Positions 43,917 to 58,151 of a stretch of DNA of 64,000 nt are shown here, one piece after another (positions within the stretch are counted from its first letter, which is position 1; each line of letters opens with the position of its first letter). The notes below the pieces were generated by a model. The model saw nothing but the letters and a program-made list of their open reading frames with translations, was not told where the DNA came from and searched no databases. Origin of the DNA: the human T2T-CHM13v2.0 reference genome, Homo sapiens. Where the stretch lies: assembly GCF_009914755.1 (NCBI RefSeq), contig NC_060927.1. One strand, 5' to 3'. The translations under genes were made by a program, and so were the position numbers.

Positions 43917-44609
43917 AAGAACATTTCTGATTCATGGGAGGAGGTCAAAGTATTATTATTAACAGGAGTTTGGAAGAAGTTGATTCCAACCCTCATGGAT
44001 GACTGAGGGATTCAAGACTTCAGCGAAGGAAATAACTACAGATGTGGTAGAAATAGCAAGAGAACTAGAATAAGAAGTGGAGTCTGAAGATGTGCCTGAA
44101 TTGCTATAATCTCATGATAAAATGTGAACAGATGAGGGGTTGCTTCTTATGGATGAGTAAAGACAGTGGTTTTGTGAGATGGAATCTACTCCCAAAGATG
44201 CTGTGAATGTTGTTGAAATGACAACAAAGCTTTTAGAGAAATGACTCCAATTTTGAAGGAAATTCTACTGTGGGTAAAATGCTATCAAACAGCTTCACAT
44301 GCTACAGAGAAATCTTTTGTGAAGGGAAGAGTCCATCGATGCAGCACATCTTTGTCTCATTTCAAGGAATTGCCACAGCCATCCAAACCTTCAGCAACCA
44401 TTCACATTGAGGCAAAACTCTCCATTATCAGAGATTGTGACTTGCTAAAGGCTCATACGATAGTTAGCATTTTTTTTTAGCAATAACATATTTTTTAATT
44501 AAGAACACTGAAAATTAATAAAAAAGAAAAAACAAAGACATGTATATTGTTTTAGATGTATTGCTATTGCACACTTAATAGACTATAGTATAGCATAAAC
44601 ATATTTTGT

Positions 44610-44903
44610 AATTAATTATTTTTAGAAACGGGGTCTTGCTCTGTCACCCTGGCTGAAATGCAGTGGTGTGATCAATCTCACTGTAACCTCAAACTCCTAG
44701 ATTCAGGTGATCCTCCCACCTCAGCCTTCTGAGTAGCTAGGACTACAGATGCATGCCACCACACTGGGCTAATCTTTAAATTTTTTTGTAGAGACAGGGT
44801 CTTGCTCTGTTGCCCAGGCTGATCTTGAACTCCTGGCCTGAAGCAGTCCTCACACGTTGGGCTCCCAAGATGTTAGGATTACAGGTGTGAGCCACTGCAG
44901 GGA
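44610..44903 (-). mobile_element. AluJ within Tigger1
   Basis: TSD taaacatat. Confidence 0.85.
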
Positions 44904-45174
44904 GACTAAACATATCTTTTATATGCACTGGGAAACCAAAAAATCTTTGTGATTTGCCTATTGCTGTATTTACTCTGTTGTGGTAGTTTAGCACCAAACT
45001 CACAATCTCTCTGATCTCTGCCTTACTGGAATCGTTTCAATCTGGGGGTTTCTTGGGCTTGTTTCTTCAGAATGTTAGCTCTTTAGAACATGCAGCCAAA
45101 AAACTCTTTTTCCTTATAATTTCCACCAGATCTTAACCAACTTAGTTTACTCACCATTGTAACCATGAGGAAAG

Positions 45175-45500
45175 GGTTGGTTATACTGTGTGATGGTTAA
45201 CAATCAACTCCCAAATCTCAGTGGCTTAAACAATCAATGTTTTTATTTCTCTCTCAACCATAACAGGTTGGCAAGAGGGCTCTGCTCAGTTACTCAAGGA
45301 CCCAGGCTCATGTAACTGACATCATCTTGAATGTGGCTGGTCACTGTGCCAGAAAGGGAAACAGACTGCAGAGTTTCCCATCAGTAATTAAATGCTCCAG
45401 CCCAGACTGATGTTGCTTTCATCCATTAGCCAAAACTAGTCCTAGGCCCCACCCAACTACATAGAAAGGCCAGGAAGGGGGCCATGTATCTGGAAGGTGA
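45175..45500 (-). mobile_element. Old MLT1 (J/K-like) LTR fragment
   Basis: cccaaatctcagtggcttaaacaa, ccattagccaaaactagtc. Confidence 0.5.
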
Positions 45501-46214
45501 GAGGACCACTATTCTCCTTTCATAACTTGTCACTTTTTGTCAGATTAGATTATACAGTGTTTTCTCCTTCTCCCACAATCCTTCCCACCTCTGTGTCTTT
45601 GTTCATGTAACACCTTCTTTATGTGGAACGTTCTGCTTGGATGTCTCCTCCCAATCATTGCTATTATACTAGTCCTTGAAGAAACATGTCAGATCCAACC
45701 TTTCCTGACCAACCCAATCAACTCTCTTCCCTAGAAGCCCTATAAGCCTTGTGATGTTTCGTAAACGGAATCATTAATTACTAACTCTTTAATTACTTTT
45801 TGTGCATGAATCCCCAAATATATACTTTCAGAAGGCTGTTCTACTTCTTGATATGTTCCACAAGGCCAAGAGCAGCATAGAAAACAAGCATCCAAAATAT
45901 ATTAGTTACATTGAAGAAATTGCTCGTGATGTCATTTTAAAAATCCCTTCATAGATAATGAGTCTATAAAAAGTTAATAAATGAGGCTTTCAAACAGAGG
46001 CACCCCTCCCTCAAAAAAATTAAGCCAAGATACTGCAAGACGCATAAAGAACCAGGCAGATTCAGTTGTTTATATATAAATTATCAATTAAAGTAGATAT
46101 TTACAGCCTCTTTCCCCCCATTTTAATATGAAAAAGAAATATCTACTATTATGTTTCTAGAAAAGAAATAATGCAACGAGGTGTTAAGGTAATTTTTAAA
46201 AATCAATTAAAAAA

Positions 46215-46467
46215 TTTTTGAGACGGTTTTGGCTCTGTCACCTTGGCTGGAATGCAGTGGTGCGATCACAGCTCACTGCAGCCTCGACCTCCTGGGCTCA
46301 AGTGAGGTGTGTGCCACCACACCCAGCTAATATTAATTTTCTTTTTTTTGTAGAGAGAGGGTCTCACTATGTTGCCCAGGCTGGTCTTCAACTCCTGGGC
46401 TCAAGGATCTTCCCACCTCAGCCTCCCAAGTTGTTGGGATTACAGGCATAAGTGACCATGCCCAGCC
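46215..46467 (-). mobile_element. AluJ with internal deletion
   Basis: Shortened dimer. Confidence 0.8.
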
Positions 46468-47104
46468 CATGGTAAAAAATATTTATTCAGTACCTTCTGT
46501 GTCAAAGTCATCACAATAAAGTAATTTGAAGCTAAACTTGGCTGAATATTTCTAAAAGTACTGAAAGCAACAGGAAAGATGAATGTGTAAAGGGACCTTG
46601 ACAAAGGTTGATGGCAGGAGCAAGCACAAGGTGGGAAGAAGAAAATGATCAATTCATTTGGAGATGAGGTGGGGCGCTAGGGAACAATGACAAATAATTC
46701 AATAGCATAAGTATAAGAGGTAGGGCCTAAAAGGAAATTAACGGAGCCTCAACCAGGAAATGGAAAGCCAGGGCTAATAAGGAAAACTGGGATAAATAAA
46801 TTACAAGACTACACATAATCCCCAATGTCTCTTACACTAACATTGATGAATTCTCTGAATATAACCTAGAGGTGACAATGCTTGTACTTTAGGTTTGTCT
46901 GTAAGAGAGGTGACCAGTCAATAGCTTCTTACTTTCACATATTTAACTCTTTAATCCTGCATACCTAGAATGGCTGAACAGTTTTAGAAGCTATATGTCG
47001 ATATTCATCTTATTCTGTGCTTCAGGGAAGGAAGAGACAGAAAAAGGATAATTATAAATCTCTGCCTAGTTATGCTCATAAATTAAATGGGCAGTGCTAT
47101 ATGG

Positions 47105-47433
47105 TACTATGGTTTAAATGTGTCCTCCGAAGTTCATATGTTGGAAGTGTAATCCCCAAGGCAACAGTGTTAAGAGGTGGGAACTTTAAGAGGTGATTAG
47201 GCAATAAGGGCTCTGTCCTCACGAACATATCAATGCTATCTTGGGATCGAGCTCCTTAAAAAAGATGAGTTTGACTCCCCACAATGTGGTGCTTCAAGAG
47301 GGCCCTCACTAGATGCTAGTGCCTTGATCCTGGACTTCCCAGCCTACAGAACTGTAAGGAAATAAAATTTCTGTTCTTTATAAATTACCCAGTCTATGAC
47401 ATTTAATTTTAGTAGCACAAAATAGACTAAAAC
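47105..47433 (+). mobile_element. MST-type MaLR solo LTR
   Basis: tactatggtttaaatgtgtcc...tataaattacccagtct...tagactaa. Confidence 0.75.
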
Positions 47434-47884
47434 TTGTGGTGAGGTCCAGGAAACACAGAATATCTTTTTCAACCTCAACTGAGATGCCTAAAAAGTGACA
47501 CTTAGCGGGTGAGAAACAACAGAGCCATTCTGGCCCCCTTGAAATACACACATTCAACTATTCTGGGAGCTCAACTACAGGCAACCTGCAAAATCCCCCT
47601 GGCCTTCAGTTGTATGAAAACAGTTGTTTAGTCAAGCTTAATTCTTAGTAGGTAAAAACACTGATGCACTCTGCTTACCATGTAAGCCTCTTAACGTAAG
47701 ATGTACAGTTTTACATCACATAACCTGGTTGTTCCTGTCTTGAAGAGTAAGCCACACCAGAATATTCAGAAAGACCAAGATGAAAAACTACAGGCTGTGA
47801 GAAAGGGACCTTAAGATGCAATACGGAACTTGCTTCTGGCTATTACCTTCAATTAACACAAGAAAATGGCCCAGTACATAACTA

Positions 47885-48241
<357 letters not shown>

Positions 48242-49195
48242 TTAATCTTCCTTTACACTCACACTGAAGGTCAGAGCTGCAATGCAATATGGATTCTCGG
48301 GCTTCTGCCCAGTGCATGGCTACATGGTCTCTACAGTTTCCTAGTCATGCAAGTGTGATGGGAGAAAGGCTGTACTTTAGCTGCACTCAGTTCTCAGTGC
48401 CACTCCCGGAGAGAGCAGGACCCTGTTTAGGGTGATGACCCCATAGTGGGTAGAAACTCTGAAGTACAGAGGGACTCTGGATGTTGCCCGCTTAGAAAGG
48501 AAAGAGTTTGCCCCAATGGAGGTCAAAAGCATCACTCCACAGTCTGAAAGGGGAGGGGGAGAATGCACAGTCTTCTATCACCCAGGGAATTAAATTAAAT
48601 TCACTGCAGAACACAGTTGGGATGTGTTCACTGAAAGCAGAGGCATACATACACAGGGTGGCAGAACCGCTGCTGGCCAAGGTGAAGGGGCCAGAGCTGT
48701 ATGTGGAGAGGTGGAAGATGCTTCATGAGCTAAATCCCAATCCCAGGGGAGCTGGTAAGACCATGGTCAACTCAGTGTTCATGACAGACACACTTAACCT
48801 TATCTGCTATTTGGTGAGAGCAGGACACGCAAAAGTGTGTTGTGAGGTATGGGGGAGAACATATGGTATTGGTCCCTGCAGTCGCGGCAGTCAACAGATC
48901 CTTCAGCAAAGGGACATCAACTACTATTACCTCATACTATGCCACAGTTAACAACCCTAGATCAAGTTTGGCATATACTTCATTCTGAAACAAATGTTTC
49001 CTCTCATGCCTTTGACAGAAGAGAGGCATTGGATTCTCGATGAAGCCAGGAAAATTCTGTTGAAAACGTCTGGAGGCACGTTTTTTCCCATTTGAGGGGA
49101 AGAAAGTTTATTTTTACAAACAAGCCCAAATCCTTGTAACAGATATGTGGAAAGTATTAGAAGAAAAAGGAGATGGCTGCTTTAAGACATCTCCA

Positions 49196-49500
49196 GACCA
49201 GGCATAGTGGCTCACACCTGTAATCCCAGCACTTTGGGAGGCAGAGGCAGACCGATCACCTGAAGTCAGGAGTTTGAGACCAGCCTGGACAACATGGTGA
49301 AACCGTGTCTCTACTAAAAATACAAAAAAGTTAGCCAGGTGTGGTGGCGGGTGCCTGTAATCCCAGCTACTCAGGAGGCTGAGGCATGAGAATCGCTTGA
49401 ACCTGGGAGGTGGACTTGAGTGAGCTGAGATCGTGCCGCTGCACTCCAGCCTGGGTGACAGAGCAAGACTCTGTCTCAAACAAAAACAAAAACAAAAACA
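49196..49500 (+). mobile_element. AluS
   Basis: Dimer; TSD acatctcca. Confidence 0.88.
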
Positions 49501-50316
49501 CATCTCCAGTATTACATGTTTGCTAACTACAGATTACTTCAGGTTCTTGCTCACCATGGACCTCTGAAATACTCTTACGAACTACTGAAGAACCTTTTCG
49601 AAGGAGAAATACTGTCATATGGGGATAAGCAAGAGTGGGAAAATCAGCATGCTCACTTTGGTTGTGGTGAGCTGATCTGGGATTGCCTTCTGAGGCTTAT
49701 TGAAAAGGGAACGAAAAATGACATATTACCGTCTATTCCCAACTTCATCATTTATCTGCTTAATTCTAACTATGTTTTTCTTTTCTGTGGACATACTGTT
49801 AGAAATATTGAAGGCACTTTAATATTTTCTTCAAATATCATTTCTTAAAATTAATCATGCTTTATGTGACTATTCTTCGGTGATAATATTTCATCTATTC
49901 AATTGATATCATTTCTCAAAATGTAGTAATTTTCTGATACAAAGGAGAGAGATAAGGTAAGGTCTCTGATGCATGAATGCTGTTGCTTTTGTAAAAAATC
50001 ACTGTTGACACCTTATTTTAAATGTTTTATTGGTAATGAGAGTGGGTTTTGTACATCACAATCTTCAATTTAGTATACCTATGTAGAATTTTTTTTTCAG
50101 AGTAACTATACTGGAATTGAATAAAGATTTTCAAAACTTTTCTTAAAAAAGAAAAAGGATTCTACTGCTTTTGGTTGTTTTCATTATAGGCATAGGATTT
50201 CCCTGGGCCTTGTGGGTATCTATAACTGGTCTGAAATATACAGACATGTTATGTATAGACTTATTTATCTAGAAAGAGTGTATTATAACTGGTTTGTATC
50301 TATTTTACATATTATA

Positions 50317-50556
50317 CAGTTGACCCTGGAATAACAAAAGTTTGAACTGTGTGGGTCCACTTATATATGGATTTTTTTCTACCACATGTGGTTCAAAAAT
50401 ATAGTATTCAGGGGATGTGAAACGCTCATACACGGAGAGCCAACTTTTTGTACATAGGGGTTCCCCATGGCTGACTATGGGACTTCCATATGCAAGGATT
50501 TGGGTATAAGCAGGTGGTCCTGGAACCAATCCTCCACATATATGAGGGATGGACTA
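50317..50556 (-). mobile_element. MER8 (Tigger-family MITE)
   Basis: ta|cagttgaccctggaataac terminus, gggtccacttata, cctggaaccaatcc. Confidence 0.75.
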
Positions 50557-51720
50557 TATAGTTCTTGAGTTAATATTCCTCCATTGAATCTTCTGTTAAT
50601 CTTTTATTTTTAAATGAGAGTCAAGAAAAGACAAAACCAAGAACAGAAAGTAATGAGGATAGGCTATGGCTCTTAGAAAAGTGGTTAACTAGATGTCTTT
50701 GTAATCAGGTAATGTGACTGGTAAATCAGGGAATGATACAAATATTACACAGAAAACATGTCAGTTCATATGTGCTTTTTCCCACCCAGGAGTTAAAATA
50801 GCAGAAGCACAGGATTATAACCTCTGGCAGGAAGAAAAAAAGCCCTGAGCTCTATGGCTGCAAAGTGAGTTCTTTCAGCTGTTTTAAGAACCTTGAAAAA
50901 TGAATGTCTACAACCATGGCTTCTTACCAGAGGCACAACCCCAGCCTTATAGGACTTTAAGGATTTATGGCAAGGTGTACTTTCTCTATACTTAGAGATC
51001 TACCTTCCTCGGCAGTTTTAGCATCCAGAAGCGAGCATTTCTATTCTGCTGTTTTTGTGCATTTAAAAATATCCTGTAATAGGCTGATTTGTCTCCCCGG
51101 CTCTGCAAGAACCAATTAATGTTTCTGTTAGTGCTGTGGTCACACGGTTGCATAGGTTTTGGGTGGTCTACCCCAGGCCTATTATTCCCATGAGCTCTAT
51201 TAGTTTTAGAGTACAATTTTGCAGACTAAGATTTTTCAAGAACATATATATTATGTTACAGCAAAAAAGTCTGTATTCCAAGCCCCAGTTTCTTTCTATA
51301 AATTTACTATTATAGAAATCAAACATGATAATACACATTTAACCCACTGGTTGGCCCAAAATAATAGGCTTCTTAATGCATCTTTGTTACTTTTACCTTA
51401 TATTCTCATACAAACAAAAATGGGTATAAGAATGGGCTTTAGTAAACATCAATCCTAAATTATGTATTCCAGGCCTGTGTCTGGGACGTCTCTTTTTTTA
51501 AGGGTAAATGGAATTAATTTCAAACAGCTTTTAGATGAACTGGACCCAGTGTACTCCAAACCTCCCCCATTACCAGGGTTGTTCTACCTGGGCATCAAAC
51601 TCAGATACTGTGTAGCTTTTCAGTACCCTTAAAGACAAATGCTATACAAACAGCAAGAACTTGAAATGTACAACTTTTCTAAATATATAATATCAAAAAC
51701 TAAATTTAAAAAGTACATAC

Positions 51721-51808
51721 CCATATATGCTGCCCAATGGATAGCACGCCTATCTTTCTTGTCAAAAGCATTAATATTGGCACCTCTAGACAAGAGTAGT
51801 TTGACCAT
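51721..51808 (-). CDS. ANKRD28: ANKRD28 coding exon MVKLLLSRG...WAAYM(G), 88 nt
   Basis: ttccag acceptor, GTATGT donor; frame joins both neighbours. Confidence 0.96.
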
Positions 51809-52398
51809 CTGGAATAGAAGTAAACACAGTGTCATCAAAATTGTGAAGCACAATTGTCTATGAATGTACATTTCTGACAGTTACTTATCTCAACTTCTCT
51901 GGCACTAAATTTCTGCAGTTGCTGAACAGAAGGAGCTAGACTAAATACTGAAGGTCATTTAACATAACAGGACAAAACATGAAAAAAAGGTTAACTGTGG
52001 GTGCTACTGAAGTCAGGCATCAGTACCTTTTTAGGATGCCACTTTGTGCCTTGGTATTTTATGAACTAAGTACAAATCTGGAAAGTCTAAGACTGAAATA
52101 TTTAATAAGAGGTTTTGTTCCTATTCATAGTCCAAAATGTTAAAAGTGCATTCTCATTCTAGAAATGTCTTAAACTTAATTCAAACACAAACATAGTGCC
52201 TACAGTATAATTATACCTGAAGGTCAGTCACTGCATAGTCTGCTTACCTCACAATGTACCAAAAATAATAATTGCAACTAACCATATTTACAATAATTTC
52301 TCCACTGGAAGGCTACCGCAGATCTCAAATAGGGATACATCTGTAACCTTAACTGCAGTAGAGGCAAGGATTCTTTACACTGGAAAATCAGAGAAGTA

Positions 52399-52706
52399 CA
52401 GTAGTCTCCCCTTATCTGCAGTTCCACTTTCTGCATTCAATTACCTGCTGTCAACCATAGTCTGAAAACAGGTGACTACACTACAGTTACAGTGGGATAT
52501 TTTGAGAGATAGACTACATTCATGTAACTTGTATTAAAATTGTTCCATATTATTATCTCTTACTGTGCCTTAATTATAAATTAAATTTTATCATCGGTAT
52601 GTATAGGAAAAAAACACAGTATCTATAGGGTTTGGTACTATCCAATGTTTCAGGCATCCATAGGGGGTCCAGGAACATATCCTCTGTAGATAAGTGGGAA
52701 CTACTT
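52399..52706 (+). mobile_element. MER44A (Tigger7-derived MITE)
   Basis: TIRs cagtagtctccccttatctgc / gtagataagtgggaactact. Confidence 0.75.
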
Positions 52707-53343
52707 TGAAAAAGACATGGCAGCCACTAGCTCCCAGCCACAGAATCTTGGGAATGTTACTTTACCTATAAGTTCCTACCCCTGCAACAAAAATGAAAGA
52801 CTAGACAAGTTGGCTTCAAAGGTTCTTCTGTTACCTTCTCTAAATCTTTGGTGTACACATAAACCCCAATCTTTGCTATGACACCTAGCACAGACAACGT
52901 TTGTTGTGTAAGATAACTAAATAGCAATTTTCTTAAATTGTTTTGATGGTTCTGTCACTAAAGTATTATCTTGACTAAATGTTAATAAACTACTAAAAAG
53001 CATGTTTTCTAAATTCTGCCTTCCTTTGCTATTTACTTCTGGAAGAACAATAACATATCTCTGTCTTCACATATTTTTCCTGCCACAATAATAGAACATA
53101 CTTTTCCTGTTGTGTTAAGAGTTGGTATTGTTTTCCTTGGTCACCACAGGTTAACTGTGCACAAGTAGTATCTACTACATACATTTCTAAATTTGAGAAA
53201 GTTATAAAAGGAGGCAAAATTAGACAAAAATGAGAAAGATAAATAGTTCTGTATGCCTTTACTATGCAAAAATGCAAGTTCTTTAATAAGTGGGGGGTGG
53301 ACAGGAGGAGAGAAAAATAATGGTCTAATTGAATGCCACCTAC

Positions 53344-53544
53344 CTCACCATGTCCACTGAAAGCTGCATGATGTAATGCAGTCCTCCCTGCTCGATCAGA
53401 TACGTTTACATTACTCAGAAGAGGTACCAAAGCTTCAGCACACTTTACAGCTTTATTAGCAGCAGCTATATGTAAAGGGGTTTGCCAATTTTTGTCTCGA
53501 GCATTAACATCTGCAGAATGCTTCAAAAGTACCTGAACTGCTTC
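53344..53544 (-). CDS. ANKRD28: ANKRD28 coding exon (first in window), [10 protein letters not shown]...AFSGHGE, 201 nt, phase 0-0
   Basis: ttttag acceptor, GTAGGT donor; ankyrin motifs TPLH/TALH; matches recalled ANKRD28 protein. Confidence 0.96.
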
Positions 53545-53924
53545 CTAAAACATATGAAAAGTTATAAAAGACAAATGAGTTAAGAGTTTGAGAAATTATT
53601 TCTATATATAGTGTGCGTGTGTGTGTATAAATATGTATCTACATATGAAGAAAATAAAAAAGCTCTCATAGAACTCACTATAAACAAGTAGGAATTTACC
53701 CAAGGAAAGAAAATATTTTGAATGTAAAGCGATACTGAGAGTACTCAGAGCCATATAAGATGCATCAAGATCAAACATTCCCTTTCCCTACCCTACCATT
53801 AAATGCATAAACATTCCTATCAAAATGTGCAAGAAGAAATACTGACAACTATTATTCAAAAACATTCATTTCTTATATCTTATTTTTCTAGGTAACAAGA
53901 TACAATTTATACTTTGAATAAATA

Positions 53925-54229
53925 GTTTTTTGGTTTTGTTTTTTGGTCTTGCTCTGTTGCCCAGGCTGGAGTGCAGTAGAGCAATCATAGCTCACCGTAA
54001 CTTCAAATTCCTTGGCTTAAGTGATCCTCCCACCTTTGCTTCCTGAGTAGCTAGGACTACAGGTGCATGCCACCACCCCTGGCTAATTTTTTAGTTATTT
54101 TGTAGAGACAAGGTCTTGCTATGTTGCCCAGGCTGGTCTCAAACTCCTGGCCTCAAGTGATTCTCCTTCCTTGGCCTCCTGAAGTGTTGGGGTTACAAAC
54201 ATGAGCCAGTCATAGAGCCACACCTGGCT
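53925..54229 (-). mobile_element. AluJ
   Basis: Dimer. Confidence 0.85.
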
Positions 54230-54612
54230 CTTTGAACAATTTTAAGCAATAGATTTTTTACACTGCATATATAAAAATTAAAAACATACTATTTCTCAAT
54301 GTATTATACATGCTATATTTGACAAAATGAAAAATCACTAGGATCAATTTCATTAAAAAAAAAAAAAGACACAACATAGACAAGGTTCTTTTTGCAGTGC
54401 TGCTTAGAGAGAAAGTTAAGGCAATTTAAGAGTCTACTGTCCAAGGGATTTATCTCCCAGAAGCGCATGGAAAACATCACAACACTACCTCTATAAATTG
54501 GACTCATGGCAGGATTCCAAGGAATTCAGTATGCCATCAACATTAAGCAATATAATCAGAACTAAACTCAACAAAATTTTTCTTTCAGTGATAATCCTAA
54601 TTTTTGGTAAAT

Positions 54613-55889
54613 TATCGGGGAACCTGCCCCCAATAATTCAAAGTGAGTCCTTTTCTATTTTCCCTAAGTGTCGGCTGGTCTGAGAAATAAAGGGAAAGAG
54701 TACAAAAGAGAGAAATTTTAAAGCTGGGTGTCTGGGGAGACATCACATGCCCAAGCCGCAAAACCAGCAAGTTTTTATTAGTGATTTTCAAAAGGGGAGG
54801 GAGTGTACGAATAGGGTATGAGTCACAGAGATCACATGCTTCACAAGGTAATAAAATATTACAAGGCAAATGGAGGCAGGGCGAGATCACAGGACCAGGT
54901 GAAATTAACATTGCTAATGAAGTTTTGGGCACACATTGTCATTGATAACATCTTATCAGGAGACAGGGGCCGGGCACAGTGGCGCGTGCCTGTAGTCCCA
55001 GCTACTCGGGAGGCTGAGGTGGGAGGATCGCTTGAGCCCAGGAGTTCTGGGCTGTAGTGCGCTATGCCGATCGGGTGTCCGCACTAAGTTCGGCATCAAT
55101 ATGGTGACCTCCCGGGAGCGGGGGACCACCAGGTTGCCTAAGGAGGGGTGAACCGGCCCAGGTCGGAAACAGAGCAGGTCAAAACTCCCGTGCTGATCAG
55201 GAGACAGAGTTTGTGAGCAGACAACTGGTCTGACCAAAATTTATGAGGTGGGAATTTCCTCTTCCTAATAGGCCTGGGAGCGCTATGGGAGACTGGGGCT
55301 TATTTCATCCCTTATCTGCAAGTGTAAAAAGACAGACGTTCCCAGAGCAGCCATTTTAGAGACCTCCCCCTAGGAATGCATTCTCTTTCTCAGGGATGTT
55401 CCTTGCTGAGAAAAAGAATTCAGCGATATTTCTCCTATTTGCTTTTGAAAGAAGATAAATATGGCTCTGTTCCGCCCGGCTCTCAGGCAGCCTGACCTAA
55501 TGGTTATCTCCCTTGTTCCCTAAACATCGCTGTTATCCTGTTCTTTTTTTAAGGTGCCCGGATTTCATATCGTTCAAACAATTTGTGCAGTTAACTCAAT
55601 CATCACAGGGTCCTGAGGTGATGTACATCCTCAGCTTACAAAGATGATGGGATTAAGAGATTAAAGTAAAGACAGGCATAGGAAATCACAAGAATAATGA
55701 CTGGGGAAGTGATGTGTCCATGAAATCTTCACCATTTATGTTCAGAGACTGCAGTAAAGACAGGCATAAGAAATCATAAAAGTATTAATTTGGGGAACTA
55801 ATAAATGTCCATGAAATCTTCACAGTTTATGTTCTTCTGCCATGGCTTCAGCCAGTCCCTCCACTTGGGGTCCCTGACTTCCCGCAACA
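54613..55889 (-). mobile_element. MER11 (HERV-K11/HML-8) solo LTR, interrupted by the 7SL copy
   Basis: Minus strand starts TGTTGCGGGAAGTCAGGGACCCC and ends CCCCGATA; 6-bp TSD gtaaat at 54607-54612 and 55890-55895. Confidence 0.9.
54969..55200 (+). pseudogene. RN7SL4P: 3'-truncated, tailless 7SL (SRP RNA) retrocopy, nt 1-232; probably RN7SL4P
   Basis: Alu-domain 5' part plus S-domain (GCACTAAGTTCGGCATCAATATGG, CAGGTCGGAAAC); TSD atcaggagacag; symbol from recall of the locus. Confidence 0.85.
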
Positions 55890-56379
55890 GTAAATGAATG
55901 CCAAACTACATATGAAAATGAAAACGACCAAAACCGAAAGAGATCTGGGTTTTCATGTCAATTCTATTATTTACAAGGCATACTATTCAAGTCCTATAAA
56001 ACTAACCCTAAATGTTCTTATCTGTAAAGGAGATGGGGGTGGGGGAAATAACATCTGCCTACCACTCTTTTCAAGTATGCTATAAAGCACAATAAACTAA
56101 TGTACATGAAAAGTGTTAGAAAGTGAAAATAGCTATAAATATACAGAGCATCAAGGAAGACTGAACAAAATGCTATTAGCCATGAATCACCCATACCATT
56201 TTAGGCCTCTGAAATAAAAAGTAGTCAGAACAGTTTGAAACATGGGAAATAGCACCAGTACTTAACAGGGATGGCAAAAGACTGAAGAAATGCCCAGTCA
56301 TCTATCGAATTGCTAAGGAAGTCAGCCAGCTAATCAAAGATATATGGAGGCCTATCACTCCACAATTCCACAACAGTGA

Positions 56380-56850
56380 TTTATCCAAAAGATTTAAAAA
56401 ATCCATCCAAGAATGCTCATAGCAGTTTTATTCCTAACCACCAAAAACCAGAAATGCAAATGTCCATCAACAGAAAAATGGATAAACAAACAGTATATCT
56501 GTACTATTACTCAGCAATGAAAATGAACCAATAATGCATGAAACATGGATAAATCTCAAAAACGTTCAACAAAAGAAGTCGTGACACAAGAATACATATT
56601 GTATGATTCCATTTTTATAAAGTTCTAGAATACGGAAATTATGCTAAGAGAAATCAGAACAGTGGTTGCCTCTGGGGACAGGGAAGACTGAAAACGGACA
56701 TGAGGGAACTTGCTGGGGTAACAGAAATCTTCTATATCTTGACTGGGATAAAGGTTACACAGGTGTATACATTTGGCAAAACTTAAGGGTGTACACTAAA
56801 AAATTCATGCATTTTAATTGTAAGTTATATTTCAATTTAAAAAGGAATAT
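56380..56850 (+). mobile_element. L1M(C/E) 3' fragment
   Basis: aaatgtccatcaacag, tgtatgattccattt, gaacagtggttgcctctgggga. Confidence 0.65.
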
Positions 56851-57372
56851 GGAAAGAATACATATATGAATACTCACAAAAATTATGGAAAACAAGGTAT
56901 AAACACTATCAAGATTCCTGATCCTCACCTCTGAGAACAGTACATTGTGACTTGGGGGATCTAAAACTAACACTATATTGGGAAATGTTAGTAGGTATGT
57001 TAGTGGATATAATAAATAATTTAAAATAAAATGAACAATTTGTAATTGGATAAACTGGGCAAACACAGAATACTAGAGATGTCAGCCTTGCCTTATCCAC
57101 TCCCATTTTGGAATTCATAATACAAACATTAAAGCTTCTGGAAAGTTTGGGAAATACTTATGTTCCATTAGTAAAAACAGGAAAATCAATTCTACTTTTT
57201 TGTTTCACTAAAAAGCAAGAACAAATCTGGTTCACAGTAGGTAAGCGTAGGTAAGTGGGCACCTAAATAAGACAATAAACATAGCAATTAAGACACTAGA
57301 GTATCAAGACAGATCAAGGTGTGAACCCTGAATCCATTATTTCCTACTCAGAGTAATACATGTCAGATCACA

Positions 57373-57687
<315 letters not shown>

Positions 57688-58147
57688 TCACAATAGCAGT
57701 GATCTTTGAAAATTCAGAGAAAACTGAAGAAAATCCCTAAAGGTTGGAGACATTAAAAAAGAAGAGGTGAATTTCTAGAACTACAAATCAAAGAGCCTGT
57801 CATACCCTAGGATAATTCTACATCATATTATCAGTGTATCATCATAAGCACACGGAAAATAATGTGGGGATAACTAACGGCACAGATGATTTTATTAACA
57901 AAAAACATTATTATAGTAATCTAAATTCTAAATTTTCAGTTATTAGAGGGAATGTGTAAGAAATGCTGCTGGTGTGTCTTGATTTTTTTTAAAAGCTAAG
58001 TAAACATTCCATGACATTAATTCAAATGAGATTATGAAATATGGGATAATGACTGAAGGTTAAACAACTGTACTCAGAGAGTATTTATTATTACCATGGG
58101 GTCAGTATAGAAGAGGCTCCACAGTACCAGTTTTCCCCTTTGGTTCT

Positions 58148-58151
<4 letters not shown>

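Noticed and set aside
48508-48951. 147-aa plus-strand ORF
   Set aside because: No recognisable domain or exon structure; compatible with a chance ORF in GC-richer intron sequence. A BLASTP or PhyloCSF check would settle it.
53029-53343. ORF-track extension of the ankyrin exon to 165 aa (similar extensions occur at other exons)
   Set aside because: Ankyrin similarity ends exactly at the GT donor; the rest is intronic read-through.
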